The position numbers were made by a program, and so were the translations under genes. The notes beneath the pieces were generated by a model. The model had not been told where the DNA came from. It worked only from the letters and a program-made list of their open reading frames with translations, and did not search any database. Positions 1 to 14,706 of a stretch of DNA of 64,000 nt are shown here, one piece after another. Where the stretch lies: contig OZ024744.1 in assembly GCA_964016885.1 (NCBI GenBank), positions 99,510,001-99,574,000 on the forward strand, in the 5' to 3' direction. This DNA is from Eledone cirrhosa (taxonomy: Eukaryota). Position 1 is the first letter of the stretch, and the number at the start of each line of letters is the position of its first letter.

Positions 1-1671
1 AGAGTTAAATGATATAACAGGGCATATGAAACGCTTATCTAAAGCTGTACTCTTCGCGGTGGAGTGGGGAGTAGAAACTCGTGTAAATCACACTGGAATA
101 AAAAGTCGAATTACTATGATTTTAGCATATTTTCAAATACTCTAGTCTTCCATTATCATTAGATTTACATCTACGATGAATTGTAGGTATCGAACCAGTA
201 TTTGATGGTCTGGTACTTTCTTTTTTGTTTTTTGTCTTCTTGCCCAGATGAATGAAAGGCTAAGCTGATCTCGGCTTGATTTGAAATCAGAATGTAAAGG
301 GCCGTAACTAAACACCATAAACATTTTATCCGACGCACTGAGACTGCCAATCCACCACCTTCTGATGTCTGCTCCACAAATTAACAAGAATTCTAAGAAA
401 TTTTTTTCTAATTCTCAAGAGAAGAATTTCTTAACGACACTGTATGAAATAATCAATCAAATCGTATTAATCAGTTAGTTGTTCAACAACTGTCATTCTA
501 TTCTCAAATCTATAGAGCAAAACTGTCAACGGTTGTTGTTTAGCCTTAGGTCAAGCGCAATCTAGCAGACTTTTTAATCAAAAGACATTCCAGCCAAGAC
601 CTCTCCGTTTTCATCCGGGGTATTGTGGTAATAAAATGAAGTTATCTAGTATGTTATTTTTCTTTTATGGCAGTAGAATGTGATATGAAAGAGATTTTAC
701 TGTTGTTTCTAGCGGGTGGGACGAATCGTCAAGTTGGACGCCATTCAATAAGGCTGGTAGTTTACAATCCGTTAAAACAATTATACTAACTAATAAAGCA
801 ATTATATTTTCTTTTGACTACTATAAATGTTTATTTCGTCTTACGTTCTTCTGATTACTAGCATTAGCGAGAAAACCTTTCTTAATATCTTAGATACAGC
901 GTTCTATTTTATATGTGGAATGGTAACATTACTGAAATTGATTCCATAGAACCTAGGGGGAAATCTATAGAATCTACTACTAAATAGATATTGATTTCTA
1001 GGGACTCAAATTTGAATACAGTCGATTGTGTCGACTAAAGTACTTGATTGGTACATATATTTCATCCACTTCGGAAGGAAGAAAGGTAAAGTTGACCTAG
1101 GTGGGATTTGAACGCTATTATAATAATAACAATGATGATTTCTTTGGGCCAAAAATAAATAGAATAAAATAAAATAAAATAAAATAAAGATAAATAAAAC
1201 CTTCTTTTAGTAAGGAAGGTGAGTAATTAATCGAATAGACATTAGTATATTACTGGTACCCATTTTATCGAGCGACGAAGTAGCAGGTGCCCGGTTGGTT
1301 GGATTGGAACTGATGAAACGAGATGCATCATCGAACCAACCATTTTAACTAACACCTTAGTCACCCATCTAGAATGGTGATGTTACCAAGTGTTGGCGGT
1401 GGATATAATAAATTAAATGTTAGTAGTAAAGTAAAATGATGGCAAAAAAAAGGGGGGAAAGACAGAGCTGAGTTAAGTTGAATCCGTTGATTAGACAGAG
1501 AGCATTTGGCTGTTATATTATGTCGGGATAAAGATAGAGAGAGAGAAAAATATATAGGTTTAATTGAAATATTTTTCCCTATATATAGCATCGTCGGTGG
1601 TATGTTTATGAGTTCCTTCTACGTGTATATATATGTTGGAGCGTGCGCAAAAGCCCGTATGATTACATCAG

Positions 1672-1703
<32 letters not shown>

Positions 1704-1774
1704 CATATACACACACAAACATACATATATACATAAATATATATATATAAATATATAAGTATATAAATATATAT

Positions 1775-1808
<34 letters not shown>

Positions 1809-1914
1809 CAACTGCTGTATATTGTATGAAAGGTCGGTGTGTTGCTGCTGCTGCTGCTACTTTCACTGGATAATCACCTCCTCCTGGATATCCTTCGTAT
1901 TCTAACGTTGACCA

Positions 1915-3370
1915 CCATCCCCACTACCATCATCATCACCACCACCATCACCTAAACTACAACCACCACTACTATTACTACTGCTGCTCCCAGCACAACC
2001 ATCACCACTGCCACAACTACAATCACTACTACCACCATTACTGCCACTACAGCTGTAACCACCACCACCACCATCACCACAACTGCAATCACTACTACCA
2101 CCACTGCCATCACCATCATCTCAATTACAATCACCACCACCACTACAATCACTGCTATACTACCCTACTACCACCATCAGCATCACCCCTACAGTTACTA
2201 CCACAACCATCACAACTCCCCCCACTACTACTACTACAACCACCACCATCATCACTACAACCACCATCACCGCTACTCCCACCACCACCACAACTACTAC
2301 TGCAACCACTACCACCACCACCATCACCATCATCACTACAGCCACCATCACCGCTACTCCCAACACCACCACAACTACTACTGCAACCACTACCACCACC
2401 ACCACCATCATCACTACAACCACCATCACCGCTTCTCCCACCACCACAACTACTACTGCAACCGCTACCACCACCACCACCATCACCACCACCACAACTA
2501 CTACTGCAACCACTACCACCACCACCATCATCACTACAACCACCATCACCGCTACTCCCAACACCACCACAACTACTACTGCAACCGCTACCACCACCAC
2601 CATCACCATCATCACTACAACCACCATCACCGCTACTCCCAACACCACCACAACTACTACTGCAACCACTACCACCACCACCACCATCATCACTACAACC
2701 ACCATCACCGCTACTCCCAACACCACCACAACTACTTCTGCAACCGCTACCACCACCACCACCATCACCACCACCACAACTACTACTGTAACCACTACCA
2801 CCACCACCATCATCACTACAACCACCATCACCGCTACTCCCAACACCACCACAACTACTACTGCAACCACTACCATCACCACCACCACCATCATCACTAC
2901 AACCGCCATCACCGCTACTCCCAACACCACCACAACTACTACTGCAACCGCTACCACCACCACCATCACCATCATCACTACAACCACCATCACCGCTACT
3001 CCCAACACCACCACAACTACTACTGCAACCGCTACCACCACCACCATCACCATCATCACTACAACCACCATCACCGCTACTCCCAACACCACCACAACTA
3101 CTACTGCAACCGCTACCACCACCACCACCATCACAACTACTACTGCAACCACTACCATCACCACCACCATCATCATCACTACAACCACCATCACCGCTAC
3201 TCCCAACACCACCACAACTACTACTGCAACCGCTACCACCACCACCACCATCACAACTACTACTGCAACCACTACCATCACCACCACCATCATCATCACT
3301 ACAACCACCATCACCGCTACTCCCAACACCACCATAACTACTACTGCAACCACTACCACCATCATCATAT
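1915..3370. repeat. ACC/ACT/ATC/ACA trinucleotide-derived minisatellite with a higher-order unit of roughly 75-80 bp
   Basis: The anchor CACCATCACCGCTACTCCCAACACCACCACAACTACTACTGCAACC recurs many times with variable (ACC)n spacers. It produces the 439-aa and 413-aa minus-strand ORFs. Confidence 0.95.
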
Positions 3371-3409
3371 CTGCTACTGCTGCTGTTGTTAGTGCAGCCA
3401 TATTGTCTG

Positions 3410-3516
3410 TCAGTCAGCTTATTTAGCAGTGTGACTACTGACTGCTCCCAGCCTTCACTGCCTCTGACACTCATTTACAGCCAGTTGAAAAACCCCCCTT
3501 TTTTGACGACACAATC
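3410..3516 (+). promoter_or_regulatory. Putative transcription start and 5' UTR of the synaptobrevin gene
   Basis: Unique, more GC-balanced stretch directly before the AT|GTAAGT donor. Inr-like TCAGTC at 3410-3415. A possible acceptor (tttacag) at 3480 means an upstream UTR exon is also possible. Confidence 0.35.
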
Positions 3517-3518
3517 AT
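3517..3518 (+). CDS. Syb: Synaptobrevin/VAMP coding exon 1 (AT of the split start codon AT|G)
   Basis: Exon 2 starts with an orphan G before TCT GGA (Ser-Gly), so an upstream exon must end in AT. acaatcAT|GTAAGT has a consensus donor and A at -3. As I recall, vertebrate VAMP2 has the same split ATG. Confidence 0.72.
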
Positions 3519-3699
3519 GTAAGTATATTAATATTAACATTAAAACAATTACTATTATTACTAGCATTATTACCTTTCAATATGTTTAAAATTTCAATAA
3601 TCAATCATATCATATGAATGTCTTTTTTTTTTTTTTTTTTTTTTTTTTTGTACGAAAAAAAGAAAAAAGAAAAGAAGCAAACATCGACACGAAGAAAAA

Positions 3700-3713
3700 A
3701 ATATATATTATAA

Positions 3714-3752
<39 letters not shown>

Positions 3753-3907
3753 AATATATATATTACACACACACACATATATATATATATCTCTATATAT
3801 ATATATATACATACATATATTACACAGACATATATACATTTATATATCTATATCTCTCTGCATATATATATATATGTGTGTATATATATATACATGTATA
3901 TATACAC

Positions 3908-3955
<48 letters not shown>

Positions 3956-4133
3956 GCATTGTATATATATATATATATATATATACATAACGAAAATCAA
4001 AGCTCCTCTGTCTCATTTTTCTTGATATATAATGTCATGACTAGAAATGGAGAATTAAATTTTTGTTATTCGACGCCATTTTGTTCTATCTGTCATTAAT
4101 GTTTATCCATATTCTATGAATGTACAGATGCTT

Positions 4134-4164
<31 letters not shown>

Positions 4165-4454
4165 AATACATATATATTTATATATATGTAATATACATAT
4201 AATATATAAGAATATATGCATCGACGACATCAACGGCGAATCATTACTCATTGTTCCTTTATTCAGAATTCATGGAAATTTTTTTTTTTTTTTTTCCATT
4301 TTTCTTTCAAAGCTTGTCAAACAAATCTTGAATCACCTGTTAACCATGAATTCCTTTAGAGTGGCCCCCCCCCCCACTCCTAATTTTTTTTTATTATGAT
4401 GTATACATCCCCCTCCCCCGCGCTGTCAGCGCACCCATACCAAAGTGATATAAT

Positions 4455-4504
<50 letters not shown>

Positions 4505-4655
4505 TATATATACACACACATAATGTTTAAGGTACGTTATATGTATATAATATATACATGCACTATATACACATAGACAACGTAAAATGCTCACTATATT
4601 TATAATATACATACATAATATACCCCCATATATACTTAATATGCATAATGAACAC

Positions 4656-4723
<68 letters not shown>

Positions 4724-4769
4724 GACACTGTATGCACACACATAATGTATAATATACATTATACATTAC

Positions 4770-4806
<37 letters not shown>

Positions 4807-4942
4807 GTACACTATATAATATATATACATAGTGACACACACACAACTTCGCTAATGAAGCTGCATTAATATTTTATAAAATTAATGTCTTTTGTGGAAG
4901 ACCAATGGATTTTAAAATTTCCATTTCAATCAATGAAATCTC

Positions 4943-4980
<38 letters not shown>
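3700..4980. repeat. Cluster of (TA)n/(CA)n/(TG)n microsatellites at the start of intron 1
   Basis: Directly visible dinucleotide runs; source of the I/Y-rich spurious ORFs. Confidence 0.95.
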
Positions 4981-4981
<1 letters not shown>

Positions 4982-5217
4982 GGGACATGTTATCTTTACT
5001 GTTCCCCAACCTGTTGCCGTAATTGTCTGTTATATAGAAGAATGTCACAGCTATTTCCTTCCACACAAATATATATTATAGATATATATATCTACAAGTG
5101 TCCTCTTTCTTTGCCATTCCTTATAATTATATATTTAATGTAGTCGTTTTCATAAGTTATTTGTTATACGTGTGTGTGTGTATATCTATATATATATGTG
5201 TATATATATATATATAT

Positions 5218-5328
5218 AAAGACAGCTTGTATGTATGTATGTATGTATATATATATATATATATGAAGACAGCTTCTATATATGTATGTGTATATATATA
5301 TATATATATAAAGACAGCTTCTATATAT

Positions 5329-5370
<42 letters not shown>

Positions 5371-5386
5371 ACAGCTTCTATATATG

Positions 5387-5427
<41 letters not shown>

Positions 5428-5940
5428 ACAGCTTCTATATATATATGTATGTATATATATATATATAGACAGCTATATATGTATGTGTATATGTGTATAT
5501 ATATATATATAAAGACAGCTTCTATATATGTATGTGTATATATATATATATAAAGACAGCTTCTATATATGTATGTGTATATATAAAGACAGCTTCTATA
5601 TATGTATGTGTATATATATATATATATATATAAAAAGACAGCTTCTATATATATATATATATATATAAAAAGACAGCTTCTATATATATATATATATATA
5701 TATGAAGACAGCTTATGTATGTATATATATATGAAGACAGCTTATATATATGTATATATATATATATATGAAGACAGCTTATGTATATATATATATGAAG
5801 ACAGCTTATATGTATGTATATATATATATGAAGACAGCTTATATGTATGTATATATATGATGAAGACAGCTTATATATATATATATATATGAAGACAGCT
5901 TATATGTATACATAATATATATATATATATGATGAAGACA

Positions 5941-5970
<30 letters not shown>
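5218..5970. repeat. Compound minisatellite: constant AAGACAGCTT core separated by variable (TA)n/TGTATG spacers
   Basis: About 20 copies of AAGACAGCT(T). The first half has aaagacagcttcta and the second half tgaagacagctta. Confidence 0.92.
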
Positions 5971-5971
<1 letters not shown>

Positions 5972-8499
5972 AGCATCTCTAGTACTAAACGAATGTAGGT
6001 GATGAATTTATTATATTATAGGTGAGGTGTAGTGAAATCTGAAAAAAAAATATTATAGAACTAAAATAAAATAAAAAAGAATGAAGGGGAAAAACACGTA
6101 GTTTGTCCTGTGATTATGTTTCATTCATTTTGATTAAATCAATAGTTAAATATATGTGTGGGGCGAGGAAGAAATAATTGTCACTATTTCATCTCCTGTT
6201 TTTCTATCAACTTCATAGATAGGAAGGACTTCAATTAGGAATGAATGGCTGACATTCGTTGTAGCTCTCTCTCTCTCTCTTTCGTTTTAGGATTTCTTCC
6301 TAATGGGATAGCTAGCTTATTAAATCCAGTGTTTGTTGATTTGTTAGTTGTGTTCAAGAAAAAAAAAAATTCTTTTTCGCTTTTAAATATTTCATACACG
6401 AAATAATTAAAAGTAATTTAAAAAAAAAAAAAATGTATTTGCAAATATTTTGATTTCAAGTCGGTTTTGAAATTCATTGATAGTGATAGATTGATAACCA
6501 TAATAATTATCAATGGATTCAGCTGGCTTCTTCCTTCTTCACGACACGGATTAAAATCAAGTATTCTGAAATGAAATGGAGGCAATTTATTATATATTTT
6601 TTAAATAAATTTTCTTTCACCTATCCGACTGTATTTTTTCAGCTGTAGTTTCTTCTTTGATCAGAAGTTACCTATCAAAAATATCAGTTTCATTCATTGG
6701 GAGAAAGAGAGATAGGGAAACTATGTAATGTTTTTTTTTTTTTGTTTTTTTAATATATACATATATATTATAAATAGCATAATTTATAATTTAGCAAAAA
6801 TCATTTTTGTGGCTGCAGTTTTTAAATTGTTATCAGCTATTGATTTTGCTGGAGTATTAAAGGAAGAATTGTAATTTTTTAGAGACACCTTGTCATCTTT
6901 GAAGAAAATACATAAAATAACCCTCGTATCTTAATTTTTTTTTTTATGTAAAGAAGAAACCTAGTTTTAAAAGACTGCTTATTAAATCTATTTTATTTAC
7001 TCTAACACTATTATTTCTTGGTAGTCCATATTTTCTAAATTGTCTTACCAAAAATTCAATCAAGTGATCGTTATTGAAATTCTGTGGAAAATACATTATT
7101 ATATCCCAAACCTTTTCTACTGTCAGTTGAATTCAATATGGATTTTTGCACCCCCACATTTTTTTCTTTTTTCTTTTGTTTGCAACAAATATTTGTTAAA
7201 TAAGTTACTTTGTGGTAACAATTTTTTATTTTTTCCATTGGCTATTTATTATAAGCTGAATAACACTGAATACTTGCTCCATTTACTTGTGATCTTGTTC
7301 GATTTAATCACATTAAGATAATCTATCAAAGCATGATCTTAATTACATTCATACAAGTAATTAAATATCTATTAATTTAGGAAATCATTAGTAATAAACT
7401 GAGTAAATTTCCCTTCTGGTTGCCAAAATGTTAGTTTTTAGGGTGGGTGGGTTTCAGTTTAAATTAGTGTGTGTGTGTAACTGGAGTTGTTAGGTGTAGA
7501 TGTTGGCATTTTAAATATATTAAATATTTTAATAAGATAAGGATGGTTAAATTTTTAATATCTAGCAATACTTTGACCTTGAACAAACAGACACGTATGT
7601 GTGTTTGTCTGTGTGTATATATATGTGTGTGTGTGTAAATATATGTGTGTGTGTGTGTGTGTGTGTAAATATGTGTGTGTAAATATATATGTGTGTGTGT
7701 AAATATATATATATATATATATATGGATGTTTGTGTGTATATATATGTATATACACACATATATATGCACACACATACATGTGTGTATGTATGTGTATAT
7801 ATATATTATTTATTTAAATTTATTAGTCTTTGCTCATTGTCAGAAATGTCTTTTTTTTAAATTGAATTTAATAGTGGTTTCTTTTTAAGCTGTGTCGGGT
7901 TGTCTCCTAATTTATTCTTGTATAGCTTGTGCATGTGACTGTGTTGTGTCAGTGTTAGGATTAATGAGATGTTGCGACTGGGGGGAAAAGAAAGCTTTTC
8001 TGCAAAATCGAATCTTCTTCTTTTGTACTGGTTTCTGGTGCTACCGTTTAGGATTCTCAAATTCTACTCTTTTTTCTTTCTTTTTCTTTAACTTGTCTCT
8101 TATGAAAACAGTTGTAATTTTCTACAGACTGTCACTTCATCCTTGTTATCTATCTTTTCAGCTGGCTTGTAGGTTTTGTTCATTATAAATGAATGAATGT
8201 AGTATGCTGCTGCTGCTGCTACCATCACTGCCATTACTGATTGCTGCTGCAGCAGTAACTACTACTACCACTACTACCACCACTACCACAAATGCTGCTG
8301 CTTATAAAGCAGCAGGAAGGAATGAGGAAGCATGGAATTGGAAAAGCTGATGAATTATTGCTTTAGTTAACTAATAGAAAAGATTATTTCCTTGTTCTTT
8401 TATTATTATTTCTAAAAAAATTTCTTATAAATTGGGTTTCTCCTGTTCATTCTAACTTATCACAATCTTCCTCCTCCCACCATCACCACTTCTGTCTCA

Positions 8500-9490
8500 C
8501 TCACCAAACTTATCATTTTATGTCCCCTTTTCCATGCTTGCAAGGGTTGGACTGGTCTTTTTCCTTTTCTTTAGCCTAATACCTCACCATTTGTTGAGGG
8601 TTTCTTGCCATCTCAATTGTCATGTTCAGCCTCCTGGTGTTAGTCTTTATCAGTTCTTCCGAAGTCTTTCTCAATCTTCCACTTCAGCAGCTTTCTTTCA
8701 CTTGGATCACTTGTGACATTTTTACCAAACTCTCATATTCTTCCATATGCATCACATGTCCCTAATAGCTCAGTCTTCTCTCTTGCACACACATCTGATT
8801 CTTCTTATACTCAGGTTTTCTCTCAGCTCATTTGTGTTAACATTCATGCATGTTAACATTACACATCCAGTGAAGCATACTCACTTTATTTATTTCCAGC
8901 CTTCACATAACCTCGCTACTCAATTCTCATACACAACCATCATACAATCTCTTTTACTTAGAAATAATCACCCCTGTTGCCAGCAGAGGTTCCAAAACAT
9001 TTTCATTCAGTTGTTTCTCAAGCTACTATGCTTCTGGAGTTCCCTCTTTCACTGCTAATTAGGTCACCTAGGTAATAGAAGCTATCAACTATTTCTAGGT
9101 AGGCTGCTTATTGCTAACTATTCCTGTGCGTTCTTCTCTCAATCTGCATTCTCACTACATATTGTGCACCCTTAATTTACATGTGATACACAGTATAGTT
9201 TCTATCTTTTATACATAATGAGCATAGCCATTTCTCTGTTGTCAGTTCTTTTCTGAAAACTAGATCTTTTGTTTTTGCTAGGTTTGACTTTCACATCTGG
9301 AATTTCAACTGTGGGATCTTGGTCATCGACATGGAGTTTCTACAGACATCAAATCTTAAACTCACTTGTTACGGCCTGGAGAACCATAAGCATGAGACAT
9401 TCAGAACTGTGCCCTAATGAGCAGATGGGATTTTTGTCCATTTTTTTTTTGTATGGTTCTCCCAAGTCATTAATCTATACATAGTTTTCC
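8500..9490 (-). mobile_element. Degraded non-LTR retrotransposon (RTE/L2-like) 3' part
   Basis: Minus strand near 9060-9095 reads EIVDSFYYLGDLIS (post-RT 'V..F.YLG' motif). It ends in the tail also used by local SINEs (ttccatgcttgcaagggttggac at ~8530). Many stops. Confidence 0.6.
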
Positions 9491-12400
9491 TAGTGACCAC
9501 CACTTACAGATCATGGTTACTTGTTGAATGCCTGCTCTGTTAATGCATAGTGGCTCATACTTTCCTAAGAAGTTCTGTAGTTGTTGCACTAAAAAGAGGG
9601 TTCTTATCTTAAAGCTAATTTTGTTTCTAATCAATTGTTACTTTCATAAATTAGACCATCAATTTGATGCCTCTAGTTGCTTCTTTCTACAGCATTTCCT
9701 TTGTCCTTGCATCAATGAATCAATCATTGAATATGGCTCTTCCATGTACTCTTCATATTTATTACACTTTCAATCATATATTCTTCTAAACTATTGCATA
9801 TATATTTAATAATATTTACAATTAAAAAATTATTTCCAGTTAATCTGCTACATCAATGTCTTATTTTGTATTTAAATTGGTTATTTCCTCTGAATTCTTA
9901 ATGTCTTTAAAATTTACTGAATTTCTTTTAATACTTCAAAAGTCTCTTATGAAACACATTTTAGATATTTTAATCTTAAGCTATCTTATTTAACAACCTC
10001 TCGGATTTCTTTATTTTTTAATGTTGAAATCCATAAAGGTAGCTTGAAATAATTATGGTTTTGAATTATAAAATGTGCTTTCTTTAGAGAAACATAAGGA
10101 CTTCTAAACCTTGAACCACCAAAATTACATATTAGAATATTTTATATGCGAGCAAGTATTTAACTGTTTTAAACCTTTTTACCTCAAGGGCAGAAAATGG
10201 AGACTGGACTGTTGTTGTCAGGTATCATATATATATATATATATTTTCACTCTACTTGGCTTTGGCTTCTGACTCTGCTCCAAGCTGTATGACTACTTTT
10301 ATTTCCTTTCAACTAAGTGAAGCCCTTATTCATTCTTGGGAGGTATTTCAGTCTTTTTCATCAAGTGTGTGACATCGTGAATAGTTCTGAACTAGAATTT
10401 CTTTATCTTCTGGTACTGGGTTTTGTTATTTTATAATAATTCAAATGCATAAATTTTGCTTATTACAAATAATAATTATACTAATAATTATAATTATATT
10501 AGGCATTCAATTATCACCTAAGCTGGGAATGAGAATCAATTTATTTTGTAGTCAAACGGACTAACAATTAATACTAGCCAAGTTTTTTAATAGAAATGTA
10601 AAATCAGGTTTTAAGATTTACTTCTACTAGGTTATGATTATTGGTAAAAATTAGTAAATTATTATGACTTGTAGCTCTTAAGTTTATTGAATCCTATATC
10701 TTATTATCTAGTACATTATTAGATTATGTAACAATTTCTGCAATATATATAAGGGACTTTCAAAATATTTTTCTCTTAATCTTTTGACATCCAATTATTT
10801 CTGTCTGAATGTTCAACTACTAATTATCCCAGACTAAACTGAAGCATGGTATGTTTAATGTAAAAGAGCTGTTTTATTTTATATACCATAGATCTACTCA
10901 AACTAAGGCTACTCAGCAGCTACTTTTTATTTACTGATATTTTCAAAGCATACAGTTTCTTGTTAACTGAGTATTCTTTCATCAAATTTGGAAAAGAAAT
11001 ACTTGATATAATGCTTTTATACTTTCATTTTTTACTTTTACGTCCACTTTCCATGTTAGAATGGGATGGATGAGATTTTTTTTGAGGCCATTTTTCAATG
11101 GCCAAATGCTCTTCTTGATGCTAATCCATACTTTATTTCAAGTATGGTATACATTCCACTAACTTTTGAATTGCTAAGGGACTAAGAAACAAATGTCACT
11201 GTTTGTTTAAATGGTGTTGATTATGTGGATGTATGTGGAGACACATACACGTGATAGGCTTCCTCACGGTTTACTTCTATCAAATTCACTCAAATGGTTT
11301 GGCTGGCCCAAGTCTTTAGTAGGCTGGCCCAAGGCTTGATGTGGTTGCAAAGCAAACTTAGCCACATTGCTAAGCTTGGCTGTAAATAAATGTATGCCTG
11401 TATTTTATTAAATTTAATTTTAATTTTTAGTTATTGATTTATAAGTTAACTCATTACTAATGTTTTTTCTAATTTGTTGTCCTGTATCAATTAGATTTAT
11501 AAAATATCACATAAAAATGTTAATCTTTGCACTGACTGGGAGGTTTTAATGCTTGACAACTAGATGCATTCTGATAATTTAATTAGGTAATTAATATTTA
11601 ATTGAAAAGCTCAACACATTTAAGAGTGAATTTGCTTTCATTAACCTGAACTTTCTTGCTTCACCAAGATGCATTTTTATTTTACTGGTATATTAAAGTT
11701 AACTTGATACTTGTGAATTTAAGACAAATTGAAACCAAGTTTGTTCACTTGCAGCCTAAATTATTTTTTAAAAAGTCTTAGATTTAAACATTGAAAAGAT
11801 ATTAGAAAACATTCATGGAAGTATTGCTAAAATTTGACTTTTCATTAGGCTTTGAAATCAGTTGTAGCATATTGCATACTTGGTTAGGTTCCTGAATTTT
11901 TAACGGAGTATTCTTTATATTCAGTTCTTATTGAAATTATTAATGGCAGAATTTTTAAATAGATGGTTTTGGGTATCTATTGTCCAAATAGCATTGCTAG
12001 AACAAAAGTTTGATAATTGGTAAATGTGAATAAGCAGTTTCTTTTTTGTTTGTTTGTTTGAAAAGATTGGAGATGTATAGTGTTGATCGGTCTAAGCAGA
12101 ATTTGAGTGTTCAGATAAAAAAAAAATATATGGACATGAAACTGACTGGAGGAAATGGAGAATATTTAAGTGTTAAAGATTAGTATTTATAGTGGGATAA
12201 AGATGGACATAAAATTGTACTGATGATTAAATATTAATCTTTCTTTGCAGTGTCAGCATAATACAAACATTTTTTTTTTAGAAATCATTAAGGTTTAGTT
12301 TTATTTTTTGTTAATGTTCTGAAAACTATTTTTTTTTTGTTTTTGTTTTTTTTAAATATATTTCTTAGATGTAGTAATATATGGAATATATCAAGATATT

Positions 12401-14706
12401 AACTCAAACTGATATATGTAAGTTGAATATCAGTTGTTGCATGTTATAATTTAGGTTGATCACTAGACAAAATGTTAAACAGAATTATGTTAAACTATAC
12501 CCTTTTAATATACCAGAGGTCTTGATATTGACTTGTAATCCTCTGATAAAGTAGCACTAACATACTAGGGCTGAAACATAAGAGTATTATACTCTTAAAT
12601 AATTAGCTTTTTGCTGGGAAAGTAATTTAAGGTACAAATTTACCTTTTGGAATATTTTTATGTGATTGAAACTGCTTAGAAAATATTAAACATTGATTTA
12701 GAAGAAAATATTTTTTTAGTGGAATAATTCTAGTAGGAATAATGCTATTTAGCAACATCAGTTATGCATGGCTGCCATAACTCTTTTGATACCTACCTGG
12801 CTTTGGTTCTATGAAACAAAACCATCTATATTAAAAGGTTACTATTTAAATTAAATCTTTCTACAATTTTATATAATAACCATATGTTAAGTTACTATCT
12901 TAATTAATCATTTTAGTAAATCTCTCAAAATTCTTCAATTAATTGAAATAAAGTGTATTTCATTACAAATAGTCATGAAATGATTAAGAAGCAAACACTT
13001 CAATTGTTGACAATTCAGTTACAGATTTGTCTTTCTTTACTTGTATAATTAATTTAAACTATTAAAGGTAACAAAATTTCTCATTGTCACATAACCAACT
13101 TATAATAAAAATATTTTCTGTACACCTATTCTTTTTCTACTCTTCACTTTCTTAGATGGTATTTCTAATCTTAATCCTATAAGTTTTTACATGTTTTTTT
13201 CTTGTGTGTTAATTTGAAAAATTATAGTGTAAAACAAAGAGTAATTAAAACAACTGTTTTATTTAGTTATGTTTAATTAAAAGAAAAAAAAAACTGTCCA
13301 GCATTTGCATATTCAAAAATTCTCATATTTTGAATTTTGAAAAAATTTCATATTCTTTCATCAAAAGGAATTTTTTTTTTGCCTTCTTTTCCTGGAATTT
13401 TTATTGATAAGTGCTAAAAGACAAAAAAAAACCAAAATAAAAATTTATCATCTTGGAGAAATGTTACATTTTCAATAATGGCATTACAATCACTGCCTAA
13501 TTTGACAAAAGTGATATTTACTAAAAATAAAAATAAAAAGTTATGCACATTTACTCGGAAGAATAATCAAATGTAATTATGCTTGTATTTTAAAACAAAT
13601 TAAAACTGTTAAGTAATTGGAGCAGGTCCAGATACTTTTCATGTGTATAGCTTGAAATGTGCTACTCTGAAATCTACAACTGCTACAGGGGGGGCTGGTG
13701 GTAAGTCCATTGTAATGTCTCTCTCTGTAGAATGAGTCACATTCCTGGAATCATTCTATTGGGCTATTATATATTCACAAAAGTTGAATTTCATTCTGTA
13801 AAACACTTGTCAATCTTATAGTGCTGCTTCTGCTAACACCAGCATGATCTCCCTCTACAATATCTATAATATCGTAAAATAAGAAATGACTAAAATAGTT
13901 GGTGTCGGGTCAGGAGGGACAAATGCCTTTTTAAAAAAAGTCCCATCCAAACCCCTGCCAGCATGGAAAAGTCGGTGTGAAAATGACAATGATGTTGAAT
14001 TCAGTGAAGTGTACGAATATAGACACAATGTAGTGTGGGTTGTCAGTAATAACCCTGTTGAACCAAGTTATCAGAGTACTATTTAACAGATCTGGAATTA
14101 TATACACTTGTGCAAATTGTTAAATATTTTCGCAAGACTCTTTGCTTCATCTACAGTTTTTTTTCTTGTTTTGTTTTTTACATTAGCTGCAGCTACATGG
14201 AATTTGCCTTTTTTCCAGCTACCTGTGCTTGTATATTACTTTTTCATTATGAGCAAGATATAATCTCGCTTGTCAAATATAGGAACGTGAAACCGCTCCA
14301 ACCCATGCCAGCATAGTAAAAAAAAAAATAAAAGGAAGTAAAATGGTGCTGCTGATGATTATAATGATTATGAAGAGCTGTCATGGATATAGTGGTTTCT
14401 GAAAGTCTTGATTTATACAGATTGTTGGTACGACTGATATGCTATTGAATGACTTCCAATTGTTGGTCAAGCAATGGTGGATTTCAATTTGGCACAATGT
14501 TACATTATCAACAGGAATTTTATTTTTCCAATTTATTTAAAACATTTTTTTTATTTTTTATTTTTTTATTTATTTTTTATTTTTCATTTTTACCAAATTT
14601 CAAATCAGGAGAAAAAAAAATATATATATATATATATATACCAAATCAACTTTTCAAATGCAAGTCGATGTTGTAAGGGTATCTAGTTATAAGACTGTTT
14701 ATATTG

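Noticed and set aside
2155-3474. 439-aa Gly/Ser/Cys/Asp-rich and 413-aa Val-rich minus-strand ORFs
   Set aside because: They are antisense readings of a trinucleotide-based minisatellite that lacks stops in several frames; no domain or gene context.
5218-5970. Repeat-spacer pattern resembling a CRISPR array
   Set aside because: The repeat is only ~10 bp and the spacers are (TA)n microsatellite, not unique sequence.
12369-12423. Alternative AT|GTAAGT that could supply the split start codon
   Set aside because: Poor start context (T at -3) in featureless AT-rich intron; 3517-3518 is the better candidate. Not formally excluded.
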